A stretch of DNA of 64,000 bases from contig NC_042999.1 in assembly GCF_006345805.1 (NCBI RefSeq), forward strand, positions 46,872,001 through 46,936,000, read 5' to 3'. The position numbers and the translations under genes are program-made. Source of the DNA: Octopus sinensis (taxonomy: Eukaryota). The notes under the pieces were generated by a model. The model made no database searches and was not told the DNA's origin. It saw only the letters and a list, made by a program, of their open reading frames with translations. Of this stretch, positions 1 through 10,148 are shown one piece after another (position 1 is the first letter of the stretch; each line of letters starts with the position of its first letter).

Positions 1-17
1 CCGTAGTCGGCTTATTA

Positions 18-99
18 TTGTTATTATCTTCACCATTACCATCACTATCATCATTATCACCACCATTACCATCATCATTATCATCATCACCATCATCAC

Positions 100-148
<49 letters not shown>

Positions 149-185
149 GTTATTGTTATTATTATTATTATTATTATTATTGTTA

Positions 186-248
<63 letters not shown>
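18..248. repeat. (ATC)n/(ATT)n triplet microsatellite
   Basis: Direct reading. It explains the poly-Leu ORF 18..257. Confidence 0.95.
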
Positions 249-249
<1 letters not shown>

Positions 250-457
250 GGCGGTGAGCTGGCAGAATAGTTAGCACGCGGGTGAAATATTTAGCGGTAT
301 TTCGTCTGCTGCTACGTTCTGAGATCAAATCCCATGAGGTCAACTTTTCCTTTTATCCTCTCTAGGTCAATAAATTAAGTAATAGTTGAGTACTGGGATC
401 GATGTAATCGACTTACCCTCCCCCAAATGTCAGGTCTTGTGCCTATAGTTGAAAGGC
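249..457 (+). mobile_element. tRNA-derived SINE, family A (most abundant family here; probably one of the described octopus OK/OR SINEs, exact name not verifiable)
   Basis: Head aaggcggtgagctggcagaatagttagcacg, B-box-like ttctgagatcaaat, tail tcaggtcttgtgcctatag followed by (ATT)n. More than 12 related copies in the window. Confidence 0.85.
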
Positions 458-515
458 TTATTATAATTATCATTATTATTATTATTATTGTTATTACATA
501 TTTAATAGATAGCTG

Positions 516-945
516 GGATCTTTTCGGTTTGAACAACAGTTTTTTCTAGCGGTGTCATATTACATTGTCACCCATAATTATGACCCTGGTATCGATCTAT
601 TGCATTTCAATCTGTTTTAGGGTTAGGATTAGTTAGGGTTAGGGTTAGGGGTGGGGGAAGGGTATTTTTTTTCCTTCACAAATGTAAATAAACCCAATCT
701 GTTTCTTAAACGAGGGACATATTCACACCGCACAGAATGTTATTTAACAAAATGGACGTCATCGAATTGTTGAAATTGCAGAAATCGGAGAAAAAACAAC
801 AAATATCTTACAAACTATATAATTTTCTCAATAAAGCCAAGAGAAAAAGATGTTTTATAAACACATTCTACCTGAATACGAAGCTTAAATTGTTTTAGTT
901 ACCCAGAAATTGTGTTAAAACTGCCGTTCAAACCGAAAAATATCC
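516..945. mobile_element. MITE with ~29-bp terminal inverted repeats and internal TTAGGG repeats
   Basis: Left end GGATCTTTTCGGTTTGAACAACAGTTTT; right end reverse complement GGATATTTTTCGGTTTGAACGGCAGTTTT. ttagggttaggattagttagggttagggttagggg at ~617-651. Confidence 0.8.
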
Positions 946-2170
946 AATAGTTGTATAAAACCATAGGACAGCATTGGTTCACATCAGTTTACGTTGAAAT
1001 CTTTCCAGCATCGGTTGCATATATTTTAAACTCTGAAGGAAAAATAATGTAGTATATTATTTCTTTCATATTAGTGTAATCTTAGGATTTAGCATTCCTG
1101 TTCAGTGAAATGCAATTTCAACACCGCAGGAATCGCTAATTGAGTTATTACTGCTGCAACATATGTCCGTTATCCAGTGAGCTAAACCTACAATACACAG
1201 TTCTCAAGAATCAAATCTACAACGCATGTTATAAAGTGAGACGTTAAACTCAGGATTTCCCATTTGCCACACTTTTAAATGGATGCTTATATGAAATATC
1301 TCATTTTCTCCCTTTTATTAATTTATGTATTTAAACGAGTATTGGCTGGGTCTATGAATAAGTAATGTCATATATTAAACCTGACATTATTTAGTTATTC
1401 CAGAAGAAAAATTTATTGAAATTGTCTAATGTAATTTACACGCATTAGTTGCGTTAAATACTAACATATTTGAATCATTTTGTAATAAAAGACAGATTTC
1501 ACTTTCCTTTAAGTTTCTTCCTTGTAAATTTTGGCAAACATTCTATAATTAGAAGATGTTCGAATTTGTTATGACTTTCTCGGAGACAGTTTGCCAAATG
1601 AATTCAGTAAATTTGTTAACCGTAGAAAGTCCAACCAAACATTCTTTTTATTATATTTTAACTTTCCGTTTGAAGCAACACTCTAAACTATTCCACCCAC
1701 TTGATACGATAGAACTAATCATTAAACTTTTCTTACTTTGCCAAGCAATTAAAGTGAAAATGTTTTCGCTGTAATAAACAAATTCCATTAATTTGTTAGA
1801 GAAAGTGCGTAGTAAGCTGAAATCAATTGGCGATATCCTACCACGGTCTTACGGCCTTATACACTACATGTCTCCTATTCTGTTTTTGCTTCTTCCCACC
1901 TCCCCGAGGAATAACTAGAATATGTCATTCATGCAGATATGTGTATTGTGTCTTGAATTAATTATTAGGATATTATCAACAATTTCTTATCTGTTTCATC
2001 AATATTTTAATTATAATTGATTTAGCATACAAAAACCAATGCCGATCAAAACATACACGCTAAACATAGTATTGTTGACATTGTTTCTTTTAAAGAAAAG
2101 TATGACTAGAGAAAATTGAAAACAGATATACTGCTTGAATAAGAAACCAATACTTCCGATATCCATAATG

Positions 2171-2242
2171 TAAATGTTTTATAATCCAGCCGGAAAAGTA
2201 AATGTTTTATAATCCAGCCGGAAAAGTAAATGTTTTATAATC
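2171..2242. repeat. 28-bp tandem repeat, ~2.6 copies
   Basis: taaatgttttataatccagccggaaaag at 2171 and 2199, partial third copy at 2227. Confidence 0.9.
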
Positions 2243-2556
2243 TACTCACTAGACTCCAAAAGTATTCTACACAATTAATACAATGTATTGCCACAGAGCT
2301 CTGAGATTGTCAATGCTACATTCTCGAACGATAAATGCAACAATTCAGCGATTCTCTAATATAAGAAATATAAGGTTATTCAGCGGAATTGATTTGCATT
2401 CCCCCTTTAGGATGGTAGACGATAGACCAATCAATTTGAGTGTATTATTTACACTCAGGTTACATCTAACCATGCCCAATGCAGAGCATTCTGTGTCAGT
2501 AATCATCCCGTCACACATCCATAATAAGATACACACGAATATCTACACCATATATA

Positions 2557-2793
2557 TGTTTGATGGCGGCGAGCAGTCAGAAACGTTAGTACGCCGGGCG
2601 AAATGCTTAGCAGAATTTCGTCTGCCGCTACGTTCTGGGTTCAAATTCCGCCGAGCTCGACTTTGCCTTTCATCGTTTCGGGATCGATAAATTAAGTACC
2701 AGTTACGCACTAGTGTCGATATAATCGACTTAATCGCGTTGTCCGTCCTTGTTTCTCCCCTCTTTGTTTAGCCCCTTGTGGGCAATAAAAAAA
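2557..2793 (+). mobile_element. SINE family A with 20-bp target-site duplication
   Basis: Identical gaatatctacaccatatata at 2537-2556 and 2794-2813 flanks the SINE, which ends in gggcaataaaaaaa. Confidence 0.9.
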
Positions 2794-3079
2794 GAATATC
2801 TACACCATATATACGTCATGCCCGCCTGGCTTTCATTCTCTCTCTCTCTCTCTCATTTATATACTCAGACACATTATTATGAAAAGGTCCTTACTTTAAG
2901 CGGTTTTAAGTATATCAAGAAAATATATGCTCCTTAGAAAATTCAATTGTAAAGCTATAGCCAAATACATTGTAAAATATATGTTGATGAGTCTTTTACA
3001 TTTAAGGTTAGAATATATCCATCCGGTGTGGGCGGGTGATTACATAAGATGTCAAAACGATTATTTCACACAAGCTCCT

Positions 3080-3102
3080 ACATACATACATACATACATA
3101 CA

Positions 3103-3136
<34 letters not shown>

Positions 3137-3175
3137 CATACATACATATATACATATATACATATATATATATAT
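3080..3175. repeat. (TACA)n/(TA)n microsatellite
   Basis: Direct reading. Confidence 0.95.
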
Positions 3176-3520
3176 GAAAAAAACAAGTCAAGATAGAAAA
3201 TGCTAAAATAATTTTATAAAGAACATTTCAGTACCGGTTTCGGTCATTTGAGACCTTTTCAACTGTAACTATTAAATAATTAAATTTATAAAAATTAAAA
3301 GAAAAGTTTTTTTAAAAGAATATTTGTATAGTGTTCAAATATAAGTGGCATTTTCCTTGTTTCTGCCTTTCTTTTTCTCTCTTGTTTACTCTTGTGGGTT
3401 CAAGGTCCATGTGAATTCTTGGTAGGGAAGATAAAACTCCGAGTTTTAGATGTCGGGGTGGAAATCCACGCCACCATCTCTTCAGATATCTGGCCATCAG
3501 TAAAAATGCTATGAGCATTT
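3176..3520 (-). mobile_element. Internally deleted Penelope-like element fragment (RT N-terminal motif remnant joined to an HHR-bearing 3' end)
   Basis: Minus-strand translation across a frameshift gives KTRSF..LPRIHMDLEP, resembling the PLE RT motif FY.LPKIHK..P. HHR at 3225-3269; the 3' end abuts (TA)n. Confidence 0.55.
3225..3269 (-). ncRNA. Type-I minimal hammerhead ribozyme, U3-A8 core variant
   Basis: Minus strand: gtta-cag UUGAAAA GGUC-ucaaau-GACC GAA AC-CG-GU A cug-aaau. Stem I cag/cug plus extension, 4-bp stem II, palindromic stem III ACCGGU, GUA triplet. Confidence 0.75.
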
Positions 3521-4074
3521 TTTACGCTCGTAAACATCAAGCTCGTAAACATTACGCTCGTAAACCTCTAGCGTGTCGCTAATTTGAGAAAAGATTTAGT
3601 CGTAAGACGGTTTGACGTCTATTTTTATCGTACACGGTATCCATATAGTGATCTATCATATTGTTCATTTTTAAGTAAAATTCACGGCCCTCGGACGTTT
3701 TTAAGTATGCTGATCACTATTTGAAATTGATATTATTTAATAATTTGAATTTCTACTTTTATTATGCATGCTACTCAGTTTCATTCAAAAGGTAAGATTA
3801 TCTCCTACTAGGGATTATCATTTAGACTTTCTCACGATTGCTACCAGTGGACAACAGTCTGGAGACACATTGTTGTGCCGCAGCATTCATGCCTGTGAGT
3901 GAGACCCGTGTGTATATGGGAAAATAAGATAAACTTTATGGCCCTTTTTTTTTTTATCAAAATAAATGTCTCTAATATACAATTGAAAATGTGATATTTT
4001 AGTGAAGGCATTGGAAATGTAAATTACGAAGTATGAGCTTTAAGCAGTGATATGTATAAATGCAATGTTACAAC

Positions 4075-4642
4075 CAGTTCAAACATGCTTATTGCACGTT
4101 TGGACTAATAAACAAGCCATTCCCTGTGTTGTGTCATGGAGAAAATTTCTCGCTGTTGACAATGGTTTAAATACACCTTGATCAGATCGCAGCGGCCCCT
4201 TTCCAGACTGTGAGATGCAGAATTTCAGAGTAGTTATCTTCTTTTCGGTCACTAACAGATGGCACTGTGAAGTGATGAAAGAGAATGATTCTCTCATGGT
4301 TCCTAGTGCGCAGAACACACTGCGGACTAATCTAGGTGTACTTACACCAATGTCAACAGCATTTCGAAGCAATTATCTCTTCTTCGGCTATACACCCTTG
4401 ACAGAGGACATTGCGAACTGATGAAAGACAGTGATCCTCTTATACTATTTCAGTCAACATGCGATGACTGATAACGCTATGCGGCGGCTCCTCGTAATTA
4501 CATTGCGAAGTCTTGAAAGGGGGCGCTGCAAACTGATCTAGGTGTATTTACATCATTCTCAACAGCAAGAAGTTCTCCACGGCGAAATAGAGAGGATGGC
4601 TTGTTTATTAATCTAAATGTGCCTTAAGAATGTTTGAACCGG
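4075..4642. mobile_element. MITE-like element with ~130-bp diverged inverted repeats
   Basis: 4075-4203 (ccagttcaaacatgctt...aataaacaagccat...aaatacaccttgatcagatcgcagcggccccttt) is the diverged reverse complement of ~4516-4642. Confidence 0.75.
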
Positions 4643-4684
4643 TACTAACATTGCACTGAAAAGGTGACTGAAAAATATTTATTT

Positions 4685-5020
4685 ATTTATTTTATGTGCC
4701 CTTTTCAAGCCTAGCCAGGCTCATGGGCCTAATTTCCCGGTTTCTGTGGCGCATGTGTTCCCCCCAGCTGGATGTGTTCCCCGTGGCGTATGTGGCGTAT
4801 GTGTTCCCCGCCAGACCAATCGAAGCGTTACTCAAGAAACAGGAAGAAAGTGTGAAAGTTGGGGCAAAAGAGTACAACAGGGATCGCCACCACACCCTGC
4901 CGGAGCCTGGTGGAGCTTTAGATGTTTCCGCTCAATAAACACGCACAACGCCCGGAATCGAAACCGCGATCCTCCGACCGCGTGTCCGCTGCCCTAACAT
5001 CTGGGCTATTGTGCCTCCAC
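4685..5020 (-). mobile_element. tRNA-derived SINE, family C
   Basis: Minus-strand tRNA-like head gtggaggcacaatagcccagatgttagggcagcggacacgcggtcggaggatcgcggtttcgattcc (A and B boxes). Confidence 0.7.
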
Positions 5021-6244
5021 AATTGAAAAAGTTGCCAGGATATAATTTCAGCTATTTGATTTTAAATATTTCTCACTTAAATTTCATCGTTGTTTCTTTA
5101 ACAATTGTTCAACGATGCGTTCTCCATTGAGGTTCAAAGATTTCTGACAATATGCAAACTTAATATATTAGATAGTCACCAACATTATGCGTATATGTAA
5201 ATTCACTGAATGAGTTGTACAGTTTCCAATATCGTTCAAAAAAGTGCTGTCGAATTATGATGATTCCTTTGGAATCGTATATTGCGTAAACGCACTGGAC
5301 ATCAGAAATTTTAAGAGGTTAAAAAAGTTTTTGTCGTTTTTGTTCCAAATCGACGGGATTTGAACTCAGGGCCTTGTCATTCATTCGTCAGCGATCAACT
5401 AATTACCAATCAAGTATTATACCCTTCCCACAAAATATGTTTAAAGTACAAACTACTTCATATGTGTGTTCCTGTATATGTGAGCGTGTATAAATGTACA
5501 TATGTATACACAACCTCGGTCGAGGGTGTAAATATGTGTGTACAATCTTGGTCAAGAATTGTATATCGATTTTCCTTATTAGTTTTCCAAAATAATAACT
5601 TAGTTTGATTTGAAGCGATCTGTAAAATACTTATATGTCATTCATCATTAGAAATGTGTCAATTTTTTGCCAAGTAATGATTAGCAGTAAAACTGTCACC
5701 ATATATTTATGATGTAAAGTCATTCTACGAAAGACTAATAATATATTTACCGAAATTGAACAGTATATTACAAATGAGAAAGATAGTTCGTTATTTGAAG
5801 TGTAATATTTGTCACATCACATATTTCTTCAGCCTTTGAAGGAGAACTGTGAGAAACCAGTCAATTCTCCTTCGTTGTAAGTATTATGTCAATACGTCGA
5901 AGCGGAAATTGCTACTAAATGAGTAATTATATAATAAATAGATTTTATGATATATTGCATATTTGTTTAATAATACAACTTCTTTAATCATAATAATTGA
6001 TTTATCTTTTTTGTTCCCGTGTAAAGTATCTGTCAACAAACTACATGTAACAGTTGCTTCTCATATAAAATATGTGTTTAAGCATATAATGAAAACTTTA
6101 CCGAGACTATCATTCACAATGAAGGTAGTAATTGATGCCGAGCTGAAGATGTTCAATTCACGCATAGACTGTACGAGTTTAACAAGCTGGAATGGCCAGC
6201 AGGGTTTCTTTTAGACACGTTTTTATATTGATTTCAAATTTAGA

Positions 6245-6675
6245 ACATGGCCAGAAATTTCAGGGAAGGGATTAAGTCGATTACCTCGACCACAATACTC
6301 GACTGATACTTATTCTATCGACCCCGAAATGTGGAAAGGTAAAATCGACCACGGCCGAATTTGAACGTAGAACGTAAAGACGGACAAAATCATACTACGC
6401 ACTTAGCTCGGCGTGCTAACAGTTTTGCCAGCTACCCACCTTAGGTCAAGGTTTAATAGTAATTTCAAATTTTGGCACAAGGCCAGCAATTTCGAGGGAG
6501 GAGATAAGTCGATTACACCGACTCCAGTGTTCAAGTGTTGCTTATTTTACCAATCCCGAAAGGGATGAAAGATGAAGTCGAACTTGGCGGCGTTAGGACG
6601 CAGAACATAAGCACGGATGAAATACCACTAAGTATTTTCTCCCGTATGCTATCAATCCTGTCAGGACGCCGCCTT
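6245..6675 (-). mobile_element. Two adjacent diverged SINE family A copies (~6245-6443 and ~6467-6675)
   Basis: Reverse complements of the family A body (aagtcgattac...gaaaggtaaaatcgacc...gtgctaac...gccagct). Confidence 0.75.
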
Positions 6676-7029
6676 TGTGCTATAGTTCAAATATTTAGAA
6701 ATATGAAACATCGTAACATTTTGCCTGTCTTCCAGTTTAAGCTTAAACTTCCTAAGTTTCCAGTTTCACTACAATCTTGGCATTAGCTTCCCACAAATGT
6801 TGAATAATATTACGAATTTTTAATCCACTTAAATATGTTATCTATCCCGAAGGTTTGAGGTTAAAATACACCAACAATCTACAACCATTTATTTTTATTT
6901 TCTGATTGCAGTACAATCTACAATCTACAATCATTCATTTTTATTTTCTGATTGCAGTACCAGTGATGGAAATCGACAACAATAACAGTAGTTTGACCCT
7001 CTCTCTACCTCTCATTCCTTCAATCTTTC

Positions 7030-7146
7030 TCTCTTTCTCTCTTTCTCTCTTCTCTCTCTCTCTCTCTCTCTCTCTCGCTCGCTATCGGCAAACTCAAAAC
7101 ACATGTACGCATATATGTGTGTGTGTGTGTGTGTGAGAGAGAGAGC

Positions 7147-7180
<34 letters not shown>

Positions 7181-7195
7181 GTTAGACAGACAGAA
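7030..7195. repeat. Compound (CT)n/(GT)n/(GA)n/(GACA)n microsatellite
   Basis: Direct reading. Confidence 0.9.
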
Positions 7196-7712
7196 AGAGG
7201 ACGCATGGCCTAGTCGTTTCAGCTCTAGGGCGGTTGGTGCGTTGTGTTTTGAGCAAAAAACTTCATCTCACGCTGATCTGCGATCACTTCGACACTTGTT
7301 GCGTGGTACATCATGCACATGTTCAGGCAACGTAGATTTGATGGAGGGAGTGAGCTAATGTACCGTGCATACATTTGAACACTATGAACAAATCATTTGT
7401 GCAGGTCGTTCGGCAAAAGCTGAACACTCAGACGTCGTCTAAGTACGGGATATTCCATTATACACACATACACACACACACACATGTATATGTGTATCAT
7501 TTATCTTGGGACAACACCATTAAGGGTTTAGATCAACAAATCGGCTCCAGTACGTATTTCTAAAGAATGATACTTAGTCTAACGACTTCCGAGGCTATAG
7601 TAGAAAACATTTGCTCCAGGTACCACGCAGCAGTGGGACGAAACTCCAGGGCACATTGTTCAGAAGCAAACGTCTTAGCACACAGTCATGCCCGCCTCTA
7701 CACATATATATA

Positions 7713-7745
<33 letters not shown>

Positions 7746-7752
<7 letters not shown>

Positions 7753-8060
7753 GAAGACCCCTTCGACCATGAAAAACCATGGGATGGCTCCTAGAAAGTT
7801 ACCCTCCGAGGCACAGGTCTGGGCAAGATTGTTTGTGGAAGGCCATCAGTCGCCTATGCATACCGGTTTCCCCTCACCACGCCACCAGTGTTATCCAAGG
7901 AAGAGGCGAGGCTGATACAGCCTGTCACCTGTGATGTCGCAACTCATTTCTACAGCTGAGTGAACTGGAGCAACCTGAAATAAAGTGTCTTGCTCAAGTA
8001 TACAACACGCAGCCCGGTCCGGGTATCAAACGCACAACCTCAAGATCGCTCTAACCACTA
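7746..8060 (-). mobile_element. tRNA-derived SINE with conserved central domain, family D
   Basis: Minus strand agtggttagagcg...gtttgatacccggaccgggctgcgtgttgtatacttgagcaagacactttatttc, typical of CORE/V-like SINE centres. Confidence 0.65.
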
Positions 8061-8247
8061 TATATATATATATATTTATATATAGAGGGCATTATACATA
8101 TATGCCAGAAGGCATTATACATACATGCCAAACGCTAAGAGGGACAATCAGTCATTTCTACCAAAAATATTACTAATCCCACCGAATGCAATTTTTCAAA
8201 GTAAGACATTTAAAAATATAGGGTCGTTGTTTATTTATAATACATTC

Positions 8248-8295
8248 AGGCCTGCTGATGATTACGTAAGTATGAAATCACTGTGATACAGGTCT
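8248..8295 (+). ncRNA. Type-I hammerhead ribozyme (copy 1)
   Basis: aggccug CUGAUGA U-UAC-guaa-GUA-U GAA AUCAC-u-GUGAU A caggucu. 7-bp stem I (one G-U), canonical core, palindromic stem III; predicted cleavage after 8288. Confidence 0.85.
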
Positions 8296-8726
8296 ATATT
8301 TTTAAATGTCTTACTTTGAAAAATTGCATTCGGTGGGATTAGTAATATTTTTGGTAGAAATGACTGATTGTCCCTCTTAGCGTTTGGCATGTATGTATAA
8401 TGCCTTCTGGCATGTATGTATAATGCCCTCTATATATAAATTAATATGTTCAATAAGAAATAATTATTTTCGAAATTTTTTCTCTTATGAGGTTTTTACG
8501 CTATCTACCTGACAATTTCTTGTTAAGTTTTCCTTATTAAGTAGTTGTCCTTAATTGCTAAATTTTTATTCCGAAAAAAATTTTCCTCTCCCGAAATGCA
8601 ATTCGTAAAAGTTTGCCATTTACCCGGATGTAATATATGTAAACTCACCCATGTGCTTCGTTGATGTTGATCAGTTAGCTGATCGGCTTAAGCGGGGCAG
8701 GGTCGTTGCTTATTTATAATACATTC

Positions 8727-8774
8727 AGGCCTGCTGATGATTACGTAAGTATGAAATCACTGTGATACAGGTCT
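8727..8774 (+). ncRNA. Type-I hammerhead ribozyme (copy 2, identical)
   Basis: Same sequence shifted by 479 nt; predicted cleavage after 8767. Confidence 0.85.
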
Positions 8775-9040
8775 ATATTTTTAAATGTCTTACTTTGAAA
8801 AATTGCATTCGGTGGGATTAGTAATATTTTTGGTAGAAATGACTGATTGTCCCTCTTAGCGTTTGGCATGTATGTATAATGCCTTCTGGCATGTATGTAT
8901 AATGCCCTCTATATATAAATTAATATGTTCAATAAGAAATAATTATTTTCGAAATTTTTTCTCTTATGAGGTTTTTACGCTATCTACCTGACAATTTCTT
9001 GTTAAGTTTTCCTTATTAAGTAGTTGTCCTTAATTGCTAA

Positions 9041-9044
<4 letters not shown>

Positions 9045-9118
<74 letters not shown>
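9045..9118. repeat. (TA)n microsatellite
   Basis: Direct reading. Confidence 0.95.
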
Positions 9119-9122
<4 letters not shown>

Positions 9123-9142
9123 TTATGTATATGCATATAATT

Positions 9143-9240
9143 ATTATTAAGATTATAATTTAAGGTATTTAAGAGATAACACAACACTGGAAATAGCAGC
9201 CAAAACTTGTCTCTAAAACCACATTAAATATTCATACAGC
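9143..9240. mobile_element. Isolated arm of the family seen at 19642-20012
   Basis: attataatttaaggtatttaagagataacacaacactggaaatagcagccaaaacttgtctctaaaaccacattaaat matches the 19642-19735 arm with substitutions. Confidence 0.75.
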
Positions 9241-9242
9241 AC

Positions 9243-9289
<47 letters not shown>

Positions 9290-9292
<3 letters not shown>

Positions 9293-10085
9293 TCAATAAA
9301 TGGTGGGGTTGTGTTGACCGCACCTTGAGAAATGATAAGCAATGAAAAATTGTAAAAATGCAGAATGCTCGATTGAAAGAAAATTTTAATGAAATGAGAA
9401 AATGAAAAAATATATAAATATATATTTATTCAAATCGGTTTTCGTCATAGTTTGACTTATCAAGAATAGTTAGGTGAAAAAGTTTTTTTAAAAATGAGAA
9501 AGGGGAAAAAAGTTGCATTGTTTTTTGCAAAAGAATAATAATAAATATGTATAAAAATTAAAAAATAAGTACTCCGATACACTGTGAGTTCGTTGTGTAT
9601 CTTGAGTTTAGTGATTGTTCAAGAAAAAATTACCTTGAGGTATTAGGATCCAATGGGATTAAGGCCATGTGTTGTTTGGTTTAATTTAGGATGTTGGCAA
9701 AACAGGAAGTAGTAGTAATTGTGGTTCTTCAGTTCCTGTGTTGTGAATAAGGGGAGACAACTCTTTTGAGTTCTTCAATAAATGCTGCTGATAAACCCCA
9801 AATTATAAAATTGTCATTTTAGCTTCATTTGCATTATCTTTTTTATATAATTGTTTGTTAACTTAACTTTCAGATTTTAACACTTTATTTATATTATTTT
9901 CTAATTATATAAATTTGCATAGACAATTACATTTCAGATTGTTATATCATAAATAATAAAGATGATGGTAATAACAACAATAGTAAAAATGATATTTAAA
10001 GAATATAAGTTTTAGCTTGAAGTGATGAATCTATGGTATCCTTATATATTTGTGTGAGTCCATCCATGAAGAATGAGGTAGAAAA
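9290..10085 (-). mobile_element. Decayed PLE-type 3' fragment between (TA)n tracts
   Basis: HHR at 9427-9468 on the minus strand; upstream sequence is only weakly coding-like with stops; both flanks are (TA)n. Confidence 0.5.
9427..9468 (-). ncRNA. Type-I minimal hammerhead ribozyme, U3-A8 core variant
   Basis: Minus strand: uauuc UUGAUAA GUCA-aacua-UGAC GAA AA-ccga-UU U gaaua. 5-bp stem I, 4-bp stem II, UUU triplet. Confidence 0.7.
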
Positions 10086-10109
10086 GGGAAGTTTGATCAA
10101 CGAGGAGTT

Positions 10110-10148
<39 letters not shown>

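Larger units (their letters stand above)
8074..9044 (+). mobile_element. Non-coding PLE-type / retrozyme-like element: inverted 5' arm plus tandem 346-bp repeats, each carrying an HHR
   Basis: 8220-8565 and 8699-9044 are near-identical direct repeats (period 479). 8074-8221 is the reverse complement of 8294-8441. (TA)n on both flanks; no long ORF. Confidence 0.85.

Noticed and set aside
617-651. TTAGGG repeats as a true telomere or chromosome end
   Set aside because: Short, degenerate and enclosed by MITE TIRs in the middle of the sequence.
3523-3565. gctcgtaaac x3 with 5-nt spacers, superficially CRISPR-like
   Set aside because: 15-bp period, spacers far too short, eukaryotic context, no cas genes; a simple minisatellite.
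6870-6960. ~45-bp local duplication (caatctacaa...ttttctgattgcagta)
   Set aside because: Ordinary slippage duplication with no further structure.
4685-7340. tRNA-like sequences as genuine tRNA genes
   Set aside because: No complete cloverleaf or acceptor stem; they continue into SINE bodies.
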